From: Promethearchaeum syntrophicum
GTDB lineage: Archaea > Asgardarchaeota > Lokiarchaeia > Sigyniarchaeales > Promethearchaeaceae
NCBI RefSeq assembly: GCF_008000775.2
Contig: NZ_CP042905.2
Location: forward strand, 330,001-362,000
DNA length: 32,000 nt
Reading direction: 5' to 3'
The position numbers and the translations under genes were made by a program. Below, one piece after another: positions 1 through 7,632 of this stretch. Within the stretch, counting starts at the first letter, position 1. Each line of letters starts with the position of its first letter. The notes under the pieces are model-generated. The model made no database searches. It was not told the DNA's origin and worked only from the letters and a program-made list of their open reading frames with translations.

Positions 1-2
1 AT

Positions 3-1961
3 CTAGCAATTCGAGATGAGGGTTTTGATGATGCTAACGCAACAATGGCATATATGATAGAATCTCCATTTTTCTCTTTGGATGCATTCGAAGAAAGTCG
101 CTCTTCCAATTTAGGTTCAAGTACCAATGAAAATAAATTCTTAGATACTAATGCTTACGCGATATGGGCACTCTCTGAATGGTATTTAGCATTAGGTGCT
201 CCAGAAAAAGGAGATCAAAAATACGTAGACTCTATTGAAAATGCCGAGAAAGTATTCCATACAATAAATAATACCCTTTGGAATGAAACATATTCTCTTT
301 TTATGAACGGAATGGACAATCTTAATGATAATCCTGATTTTACCATTTATCTTAAAGATAATTCAATCATGTTAATGGCTATGCAGAAACTGTTTGAAGT
401 AACAGGAAATTTCACGTATTATAAAGTTTGCATGGATATGTTTAATGGAATTCAGAAACACTTTAAAGATCCTGTTTATGGAACATATTTTACTTCGATA
501 GGTACAATAGAAACCAATAAAAATAAAAGTCTAAATACAATTTCCTATCTTTTTAGATCATTAAACTCTCTTTCATCTTTATCTGAAAGAATAAATTCTA
601 ATATGACTACAAATGGCACAGAATTTATTAAAAAAGAAGTATTTTCTGTCAATATTACTGCGGAATATTTCTTTGACCTATATAATTATTACGACCAACC
701 TTATTATGCTGATGCAGAAATAAATTATTCCGTTCCAATTGAACATGCAGATTTCTTCTTTAGTGTTCGTTTTCCAAATGAAACTCTGGCATATAATGGA
801 TCATTACAAGGTGATATAAATGGAACTGCTATTATCGAATTTCCAATTTTAGATGAGTATCCATTAGGAGATTATCTTGTTGATATGTATGCAAATTACA
901 CAGGAATTGTGACCAGTTTCAATCAGATTTCCTTTTCATTAGTACCTGGGTTTTACGTGCAAGAGTATACTCTTGATTCAGAGTCAATTCGCGCAGGAAG
1001 TTCAACTTCATTGAATTTAAGTGTAAATAATACCCGAATGGATAATTTGACTGTAAGTATTAACTTAAATGGCACAAATTTTGCTAATCAAACATTTGCG
1101 CAAGTTTTATTGAATGGTTCATTGAACTCTTTTACGTATGAATTTACTGCTTTATCTAATGCAAGTTTTGGAGCTACATCTCTATTTATCGAAATAAAAA
1201 ACGAGTCTTCTTTAAATTATATATTAGAAATCCCAATTGTTATACTGAGTTCTATTGAAATTCGGAGAATTGAGCAAGATGCTTATGTATTTCATGATTT
1301 TGATTTTAAAATTCTAGTTGAATTACTAAATGTTGTTGATATATCTCAAACAGTTGATATTTCGATTTCAGGAGAATATATAATAGATCTTGAAATATCT
1401 CAACTTTTATTATCACAAGAATCAGTAGTTGTTCAATTAAATACTCAAATTTCGTCTAATGCTCCATACGGTGATATTAATTATAGTTTAAATATTACTC
1501 GGGCTTCTGATGAAAATACAATATCTTATGAAGAATTTATTTCAACTGTAAAATTACCTTTGGATATTCTATTTTTGGATGTTCCTGAATATTCTTATCA
1601 CGGGAAAGAATCTCAAGCTAGTTGCTATATTATGAACAATTTAAAAACAACTCAAAATATAAGCATTTTTGTTGATAATGAAACCATAAAAAGCAATTTA
1701 ACTCTAATTCCGGGAGAAAATTTAGTAGATATTCCATTTGGTCAAAATTTCATGAATCCTTATAAATTTGGAAGTAACTACTATTTGATAGAAATTGTGG
1801 ATTCAAATGGTAATATGATTTATGAACAGTTAATAACCTCAGAATTAAAAGCCTCAGTTGGAAGCATTTTATTAGGCTACGCGTTACCTTTAATTATTCC
1901 TATTGCAGGAATTGTTATTGTACGACATATGGCTCTTGAAAATAAAAAACGTTTAAGTTAG
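3..1961 (+). CDS. Surface-anchored, N-glycosylation-sequon-rich protein, probably 5'-truncated by the window edge; alpha/alpha-toroid-like N-terminal region, beta-rich middle, C-terminal TM anchor
   Basis: Frame 3 is open from position 3 with no stop before the ATG at 45, so the gene likely starts upstream of the window. The first ~180 aa show helical-hairpin patterns reminiscent of six-hairpin toroid proteins (NAYAIWALSEWYLALG; IMLMAMQKLFEVTGNFTYYKVCMDMF). The rest is beta-rich with several dozen N-x-S/T sequons (NGT, NIT, NYS, NET, NLS, NQT and others). The C-terminus has a hydrophobic helix ILLGYALPLIIPIAGIVIV followed by the basic tail RHMALENKKRLS. Confidence 0.6.
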   Translation, partial: LAIRDEGFDDANATMAYMIESPFFSLDAFEESRSSNLGSSTNENKFLDTNAYAIWALSEWYLALGAPEKGDQKYVDSIENAEKVFHTINNTLWNETYSLFMNGMDNLNDNPDFTIYLKDNSIMLMAMQKLFEVTGNFTYYKVCMDMFNGIQKHFKDPVYGTYFTSIGTIETNKNKSLNTISYLFRSLNSLSSLSERINSNMTTNGTEFIKKEVFSVNITAEYFFDLYNYYDQPYYADAEINYSVPIEHADFFFSVRFPNETLAYNGSLQGDINGTAIIEFPILDEYPLGDYLVDMYANYTGIVTSFNQISFSLVPGFYVQEYTLDSESIRAGSSTSLNLSVNNTRMDNLTVSINLNGTNFANQTFAQVLLNGSLNSFTYEFTALSNASFGATSLFIEIKNESSLNYILEIPIVILSSIEIRRIEQDAYVFHDFDFKILVELLNVVDISQTVDISISGEYIIDLEISQLLLSQESVVVQLNTQISSNAPYGDINYSLNITRASDENTISYEEFISTVKLPLDILFLDVPEYSYHGKESQASCYIMNNLKTTQNISIFVDNETIKSNLTLIPGENLVDIPFGQNFMNPYKFGSNYYLIEIVDSNGNMIYEQLITSELKASVGSILLGYALPLIIPIAGIVIVRHMALENKKRLS

Positions 1962-3704
1962 GTGAATTTAATGAAAAAAATACGAAAAAATGAAATAATT
2001 GGTCTTACAATTTTTGCAATATTTATTATTGGGTTTTCACAGATCAATTTTGAATTTGCAGATATACAAAAAGAAAATAATACAAATGAAATGATCCCGA
2101 AATCCTCAGATAGTATTGATAGCACTAGAGTATTTATAGATAAAATGACCGTTAATCGAGGAATTGAAACACTAAATATAACATATAATAATACAGATGA
2201 TTTTTATCCCAGCTCAACCCATGAATTTAAAGCAAATATTACCTTCTCAGATAATTCGCAATTAAATCTCACTCTTGAAGATCCAGATGTAGATGAATAT
2301 TGGTCAGTTCTTTTTACTCCTAGTATATATAATGTCACTGGAAATACAAAAATCACAATTTTAGCAGTGCTAACTGCCAATGGTGAAATTCAAAATACAC
2401 CAGCATTATTCGATTTAGAATTTTCTATCAAAAATAACCTTCCAAAAATTGGAATTTTAATGAATTCAACAGAAATCTATAGAAATGAGACTATTAAAAT
2501 TGATTATTTGCCATCTGATATTGAAAATAAAACCTTTGATTTACAATGGGAAGTAAAACTGTTCGATCCTTTTGATGAACTTAACGATACACTCGTCAAT
2601 CAGGGAGAAAAAATATTTTCCAGTGAAATTCCAATCTTAAATTCCTATCCTATTGGAGAATGGCGAATTGAAGCAACATGTTGGGATACAGAAATTGAAA
2701 ACAATACTTCAACTGTTAATCGTACATTTATAGTTAAGAATAATGAACCTGTAATTGAGAATATTCTTTATCAAATCGAAAATGGAGATCCTATTCAAGC
2801 TGAAGATGTTGACGTTTTAAATATTTTCAGAGGTCTTGATAAGAATTTAACTATTTATGTTAATGCTAGTGATGTTGAATCTAATGAAATGAAATTAACC
2901 GTTTCTGTATTAGATCCGATAACAGGAGCAAATATTTTACCCACTTCATATGCTAATATTTCAGTGGCTGTTAATCAAACTACTAATTTTACCACTATCG
3001 TTAATATTCCTATAACTGCTAATGTTGGTTTAACACAATTGAAAATGGTTATTTTTGATAATGAGATCATCCAAGAAGAATACATTCAAGATATATTTAT
3101 TCAAAATAATGCACCAATTCTGAATAATTTTACAATTAATGGTGAATTCGGAAATCAAACTACTATAAAAGAGGGAGATTGGTTATCCTTTAAGTTTGGT
3201 GCTGAAGATGATGAAGATTCAATAGAGTATGTGCTGATTTCAATATTATACCGTGATGATTTTGGTGTTATTAAACATTTAAATTATTCTACTTCTTATG
3301 AAGGAAGTAATACCGAAATCTTAATCAGAGGGATAGATTTAAAATTAAAAACTGATATATATACTGTTTATGCATATGTTTTTGATAGTGATGGTGATTT
3401 TGCTACCACAGCGCCTCAAACTTTCGCAATTGAACCAACTCCAAGAGTTAATGCAAGTTCATGGCTACTATTTGTTATTGGAATAATAATTGGATTAACG
3501 TTTACATATGTTGGAGTTTATTCATATTATCGAAAAAAGTTTGAAGATTTTAGCTCAACTACCCCGAAAGAAAAACCTAAGGAAAAATTAAAAGGTTCTA
3601 AAAAGATGGATGAAGATTCTGTTGATTTTGAAGAATCTAATGAAAAATCATCTACTAAATCTGATAAGAAATCAAAAAAAAAGAAATTAATTAGAAAACT
3701 TTAA
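1962..3704 (+). CDS. Type-I-like surface protein with tandem ~100-120 aa Ig/cadherin-like repeats, heavy N-x-S/T sequon load, C-terminal TM anchor and Lys-rich cytoplasmic tail
   Basis: The 580-aa ORF starts directly after the upstream stop (GTG 1962; ATG at 1971 gives MKKIRKNEIIGLTIFAIFIIGFS, a signal/anchor-like N-terminus). A linker motif recurs: IKNNLPKIGIL (~2430), VKNNEPVIENI (~2740), IQNNAPILNNF (~3105). I count more than 20 N-x-S/T sequons by eye. A C-terminal helix WLLFVIGIIIGLTFTYVGVYSYY is followed by a Lys/Glu/Ser-rich tail. Confidence 0.65.
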   Translation: MNLMKKIRKNEIIGLTIFAIFIIGFSQINFEFADIQKENNTNEMIPKSSDSIDSTRVFIDKMTVNRGIETLNITYNNTDDFYPSSTHEFKANITFSDNSQLNLTLEDPDVDEYWSVLFTPSIYNVTGNTKITILAVLTANGEIQNTPALFDLEFSIKNNLPKIGILMNSTEIYRNETIKIDYLPSDIENKTFDLQWEVKLFDPFDELNDTLVNQGEKIFSSEIPILNSYPIGEWRIEATCWDTEIENNTSTVNRTFIVKNNEPVIENILYQIENGDPIQAEDVDVLNIFRGLDKNLTIYVNASDVESNEMKLTVSVLDPITGANILPTSYANISVAVNQTTNFTTIVNIPITANVGLTQLKMVIFDNEIIQEEYIQDIFIQNNAPILNNFTINGEFGNQTTIKEGDWLSFKFGAEDDEDSIEYVLISILYRDDFGVIKHLNYSTSYEGSNTEILIRGIDLKLKTDIYTVYAYVFDSDGDFATTAPQTFAIEPTPRVNASSWLLFVIGIIIGLTFTYVGVYSYYRKKFEDFSSTTPKEKPKEKLKGSKKMDEDSVDFEESNEKSSTKSDKKSKKKKLIRKL

Positions 3705-3742
3705 TTTAATATTTTTTCCGTTTAGCTCCAAAATATAACCTC

Positions 3743-3767
3743 TGACCACCTTTTTTGGTCATTTTTT
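3743..3767. terminator. Hairpin plus T-run between convergent genes (candidate terminator)
   Basis: TGACCA (3743-3748) and TGGTCA (3756-3761) form a perfect 6-bp inverted repeat with a 7-nt loop, immediately followed by TTTTTT (3762-3767). It lies between the stop at 3704 (+) and the stop at 3795 (-). Confidence 0.4.
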
Positions 3768-3794
3768 ATTCTTTATCTCAATATTATCAATAAC

Positions 3795-4526
3795 TTATTC
3801 TTTCAACTTCACAATTTTAATTATTTCTTCGAGTTTAGTAAGAGAATTCATGATAAAAAACCTTTCATTAATTTTTTCAACTAAATCAAATGAAGATTGG
3901 CGATCTATCAAAATTGAAACCATTCCAACTCCATGCGCCCCTTGAATATCATGTTCCATGGAATCTCCTATGAAAAGGACTTCATTAGCATATAGTCGGG
4001 TTTCTCTTAGAGCCATGTTAAACATTTTTGGATTAGGTTTTTTCACACCTAAATTACCTGAAATAATAATTGAATCAAAATAAGGGATTAATTTATGTTT
4101 TTCAAGAAATTTGTAAATATAAGGAGGATGATCGAAATCAGATACCAAAGCAATTTTATAGTTTTTTTCTTTCAATTCGGAGAGAATTTTAACAGCATAT
4201 TTGTCAAGATTATGATTTTTTGCCCAAGCTTGGATTGATAATATCGCCAACTCTTCCAATTCTTCTCTTTTTAATAAAACGTCTAATTTAAAGGCTAGTT
4301 GTTGTAATTTATATTCGAAAAGAGTCAATTTTGACGGAATCTCTTTCGGTATGTCTATATCGAAGTAGTTTTTTACATTCTCATCAAATAATTCTCGAGG
4401 AATATTCATTCCTTTATTGAAAAGATATGAAAAAATGGCACTTTCATGATCGTAATTCGCTTGTGACAAATTTCCAAATTCTAATAATGTTCCATTTAAA
4501 TCAAAAAATATACCTTTAATTTCCAT
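3795..4526 (-). CDS. HAD-superfamily hydrolase (subfamily IA-like)
   Basis: Motif I is FFDLNGTL (Asp nucleophile present; position +2 is Asn rather than Asp). Motif II-like is IALVSDF. Motif III Lys is in GVKKPNPKMF. Motif IV is FIGDSMEHD. The 243-aa length is typical. Confidence 0.8.
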   Translation of the reverse strand: MEIKGIFFDLNGTLLEFGNLSQANYDHESAIFSYLFNKGMNIPRELFDENVKNYFDIDIPKEIPSKLTLFEYKLQQLAFKLDVLLKREELEELAILSIQAWAKNHNLDKYAVKILSELKEKNYKIALVSDFDHPPYIYKFLEKHKLIPYFDSIIISGNLGVKKPNPKMFNMALRETRLYANEVLFIGDSMEHDIQGAHGVGMVSILIDRQSSFDLVEKINERFFIMNSLTKLEEIIKIVKLKE

Positions 4527-4707
4527 GATATTGAAAATCCATTTAATTGTAGATAAAGACCTTATTATTTGTAGAAACTGATCGTAAATTAAGGTGATCT
4601 ATTAACCCGTACGACTCGTGAAAAAATTCCTTCTCTTTCGGTTAGTAAGTATATTATCTCATCCAAGATCTTTTTATACCGTCCCTTTATAGATTCCACA
4701 ATTGCAT

Positions 4708-5031
4708 TCAGAAATTTATAAACAAATCATTCAACCAGAATTCCGCGATCGTTTCTATTTTATTTATAACAACCCCAGAATCAATTTTAGGCTCTAAATA
4801 CCTCTGTAAAGTTTTCGCCATTTTATGGATTTCGTCTTGCCTGAAACTACCATGTGAGGTGAATAAAGTGGATATTTCTCTGTTGTTTTTTTCTTCCCAC
4901 TTCTCTAATACCTCTTCACTTGATTTTCGGACATATTTATGATCCAAACCGGTTATCTCAGTGATACGGTCCACCATATTGTTAAATTTTTCTGTGCGCG
5001 GTGCTACCGAAATAAATTTATTTTTGACCAT
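4708..5031 (-). CDS. Hypothetical protein (107 aa, predicted helical)
   Basis: This is a clean ORF with an ATG start on the same strand as its neighbours. I recognised no motif. Confidence 0.45.
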   Translation of the reverse strand: MVKNKFISVAPRTEKFNNMVDRITEITGLDHKYVRKSSEEVLEKWEEKNNREISTLFTSHGSFRQDEIHKMAKTLQRYLEPKIDSGVVINKIETIAEFWLNDLFINF

Positions 5032-5169
5032 ATTTTCATACCTCTAAACGTAAAGATATTAAGAAAATTGGATTGTATAAATGTATGTATTTTTCTTAAT
5101 TTTGCATGAAAACATTAAAATTGTCGGTATATTTGAGAAAATCATGTGAAAAAAGAGATAGGTTTATCC

Positions 5170-6111
5170 TTATACCTGATTATATGTAATTAATTTTGAC
5201 AACTTTATTATTAGTGGATTTGATTTACTTAGTATTTTTTGAATATCTGTAATTATTTCAGATGATTTTTCGCTTGTCACTACCATTATAATTGCGTTAT
5301 CATTAATTTCTTGTAAATAAACATAATATTTCTCTGTTTCATATAATAAGAAAGAAAGAAAAATTGGTTCTTCTAAATTTCCTAATCTTTTTTGAATTTT
5401 CTGGACTATCCTATCAATATTAGATTCCATAGCGCCTATTTCAAGAGAAAGAAAATTTAACGGATCAGAAGAAATTGAGCCTACCGTTGAAGCAGTAATT
5501 AACCCATCAAGATGATTAAATAGAAAATATTCAGAATTTGTTTCTAACTTCATTTCTTCCAAGATATCACGAATATTTTTCCTTTTTTCCAATTCAATTA
5601 CCGATGATTGTAAAGAAGAATCTAATATTTCAATAAGACGATATTGTGCCGTCCCATCTTTCACTGAAACAGGTGTGAATTTGACTCTGTCTCTATATTC
5701 CGGTTGTAAACTATTATTTAATACTTCATAAAATAAATCTGGTTTGGCTTGTTCCAAATCTGTTTTGTTTAATAAAACAAAAACTTTTTCCAATTCTGGA
5801 GAATATTTGAAGATAGCTTCTAAAAATTGAGTAAAAAGTTGTTGATCTTTAGGATCCTCAGAAGTATCAACCATGAATATTGGTATATCCACCTCAGAAA
5901 AAATGATCTCCTTCTGTTTTTGAGAAAAATATCGTTCCAAATATTTTTGTTGCCCCCCGGCATCCCAAAGGGAGATCTCCAATAAGCCTCTAAAAAGGAA
6001 GTTTTCTCGACTAATTCCTTTTGTTGGTGGAATATCAATAGTTTGTAAGAAGGAATGTCCTTGGCAAGTTGTTTTCATCAAGCTAGTTTTTCCAACACCA
6101 GCTTTTCCCAA
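5170..6111 (-). CDS. RagA/Gtr1-like small GTPase with C-terminal roadblock-type domain
   Basis: G1 is GKAGVGKTS, G3 is LWDAGGQ and G4 is NKTD. The block WDAGGQQKYLERYFSQKQKEIIFSEVDIPIFMVDTS...FLEAIFKYSPELEKVFVLLNKTDL closely parallels my memory of human RagA ([36 protein letters not shown]...[23 protein letters not shown]). The C-terminal ~120 aa resemble the Rag roadblock dimerisation domain (NAIIMVVTSEKS versus TYVMVVMSDPS). The ORF-track start is TTG at 6111; the true start is probably a few codons upstream (see findings). Confidence 0.8.
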   Translation of the reverse strand: MGKAGVGKTSLMKTTCQGHSFLQTIDIPPTKGISRENFLFRGLLEISLWDAGGQQKYLERYFSQKQKEIIFSEVDIPIFMVDTSEDPKDQQLFTQFLEAIFKYSPELEKVFVLLNKTDLEQAKPDLFYEVLNNSLQPEYRDRVKFTPVSVKDGTAQYRLIEILDSSLQSSVIELEKRKNIRDILEEMKLETNSEYFLFNHLDGLITASTVGSISSDPLNFLSLEIGAMESNIDRIVQKIQKRLGNLEEPIFLSFLLYETEKYYVYLQEINDNAIIMVVTSEKSSEIITDIQKILSKSNPLIIKLSKLITYNQV

Positions 6112-6197
6112 AATTAAGGTCTTTATGTTGTTCCACCATTTTAAAAATTTATTTAGCTAATCCTAATCTTTTTATGATTTTACTTGTTTATGAATTT

Positions 6198-6265
6198 GGC
6201 GATGATGATGTTACTCCTAGAAGATATACTTTCTGTATAGATGATTCACTTAACTCCGCTGAGCC
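6198..6265 (+). ncRNA. Candidate box C/D sRNA (2'-O-methylation guide)
   Basis: The elements, in order:
- 5' GGC (6198-6200)
- C box ATGATGA (6202-6208)
- 12-nt spacer tgttactcctag (6209-6220)
- degenerate D' box AAGA (6221-6224)
- small hairpin tatac/gtata (6225-6229 with 6235-6239)
- degenerate C' box ATGATTC (6241-6247)
- 11-nt spacer acttaactccg (6248-6258)
- D box CTGA (6259-6262)
- 3' GCC (6263-6265), complementary to the 5' GGC

It lies in the 154-nt gap between two minus-strand genes. The motifs are short and could occur by chance. Confidence 0.35.
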
Positions 6266-6484
6266 TTAAATAATATGCCGCATTATAAAATCTGCAGTTT
6301 TTTTACTGTTTTCATATGCTTTCTCAATATTTTCTCCAAATACCTTAGGCATCGTCTCTTCTACTACATAGTCTACAAAAGTTGATAAATTCTCAATTTT
6401 TTTCTTTTCTTTTTTAAAATCAGAGATCATTTCTGAAATGGAAAAATCAATTTCTTTTTCCTTACTTGGTTCTTTTTCATTCAT
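6266..6484 (-). CDS. Small hypothetical protein (72 aa, charged/helical), last gene of the activase operon
   Basis: The ATG lies 27 nt downstream of the activase stop on the same strand. The composition is Lys/Glu-rich and helical. I recognised no family. Confidence 0.5.
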   Translation of the reverse strand: MNEKEPSKEKEIDFSISEMISDFKKEKKKIENLSTFVDYVVEETMPKVFGENIEKAYENSKKTADFIMRHII

Positions 6485-6511
6485 GTTTAACGAATCTTCT
6501 CCTGTTAAAAT

Positions 6512-7630
6512 TTAATAAACAGCCCATTTACCGCATCGATCTCCCCATCTCGCGACAATTTCTCGTTTTTCCTTTCCATTTTCGTCAAATTCACCAGAAT
6601 TCATGTATACAGACATTACTTCACACCTGTTGGGGCATCCCTCACATCTAAATGCTTTCGTCTCAAATTCTAAATTCAATACATTGAAACCTCTGAATTT
6701 TGTCTGCCATGTTCCAGATATTTTTTCAGTTCGTTCTGATTCTTCACGAACTAAAATAGCTGCTCCTATTGCTCCCATAAGGATATTCTCTTCAGGAACT
6801 AGGATTTCTGTTCCTAAGGCTTCTTCAAATGCTTTTACTAAACCTTTATTATAACTAACTCCACCTTGGAAGACAATAGGGGGTTTTATCTCTTTGCCTT
6901 TTCCAACATTGTTCAAATAATTTCTCACTAATGCTTCACAAAGACCTTTAACAATTTCTTCTTTTGAATATCCCATTTGAGCTTTATGAATCATATCAGA
7001 TTCCGCAAAAACTCCACACCTACCAGCTATTGAAATATCTCCTTCCGCTTTTAATGCATATTCACCGAATTTTTCTATTGGAATACCTAATCGAGAAGCT
7101 TGATGGTCTAAGAAACTGCCTGTCCCAGCTGCGCAAACTGAATTCATTGCAAAATCCGCAACTATACCATTACGTAAAATTATTATTTTAGAATCCTGTC
7201 CTCCTATTTCTAAGATTGTGCTAACATCAGGATAATAGGTTAAAGAAGCAATCGCATGCGCAATAATTTCAGTTTTAGCAATGTCCCCTCCTACAACACT
7301 TTTAATTAAATATCTTGCAGATCCAGTCGTTCCGACCCCTTTAATATTAATTTTATCTATCATTCCGGAAGATTCTAGTTTTTCTTTTAGTTCTTTGATC
7401 CCTTTTTTGGATGATTCTATTGGAGAACCTTGATTTCTTAGCCAAAGTTTTTCAATTATTTTATTATTCTTATCTAATAAAACAATTTTTAAAGAAACAG
7501 ACCCAATATCAATACCCATAAACACCTCTAAGGTATTCTCTTTTATTTTTTCATCTGTACTTTTTAAAGATTTTTCTTGAATTTCGGAAACAATTGCAAC
7601 CGTTTTACTAGAATATTCTTGATCTGTCAT
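6512..7630 (-). CDS. BadF/BadG/BcrA/BcrD-type ATPase (HgdC-like [4Fe-4S] activase/electron-transfer ATPase)
   Basis: It has an actin-fold phosphate-1 motif MGIDIGSVSLKIVLLD and GVGTTGSAR. Both cluster-bridging Cys contexts typical of HgdC-type activators are present (NSVCAAGTGSFLD and AGRCGVFAESD). FQGGVSYN and GAIGAA also match. An extra C-terminal Cys-rich tail reads FRCEGCPNRCEV...WGDRCGKW. Confidence 0.85.
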   Translation of the reverse strand: MTDQEYSSKTVAIVSEIQEKSLKSTDEKIKENTLEVFMGIDIGSVSLKIVLLDKNNKIIEKLWLRNQGSPIESSKKGIKELKEKLESSGMIDKINIKGVGTTGSARYLIKSVVGGDIAKTEIIAHAIASLTYYPDVSTILEIGGQDSKIIILRNGIVADFAMNSVCAAGTGSFLDHQASRLGIPIEKFGEYALKAEGDISIAGRCGVFAESDMIHKAQMGYSKEEIVKGLCEALVRNYLNNVGKGKEIKPPIVFQGGVSYNKGLVKAFEEALGTEILVPEENILMGAIGAAILVREESERTEKISGTWQTKFRGFNVLNLEFETKAFRCEGCPNRCEVMSVYMNSGEFDENGKEKREIVARWGDRCGKWAVY

Positions 7631-7632
7631 TT

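Noticed and set aside
4527-4707. 181-nt intergenic region with a slightly GC-richer core (GGTGATCTATTAACCCGTACGACTCGTG), examined for an sRNA or riboswitch
   Set aside because: I could identify no C/D or H/ACA boxes, no convincing stem-loops and no conserved riboswitch cores by eye. It is left unannotated.
5820-6038. 72-aa ORF on the minus strand inside the GTPase gene (different frame)
   Set aside because: It is entirely nested in a gene with strong family motifs. Its sequence is low-complexity and motif-free, so it looks like an alternate-frame artefact.
6466-7191. Three plus-strand ORFs (6466..6651, 6603..6854, 6964..7191) antisense to the activase ATPase gene
   Set aside because: These are shadow ORFs opposite a well-supported CDS. 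They have no motifs and are typical of AT-rich antisense frames.
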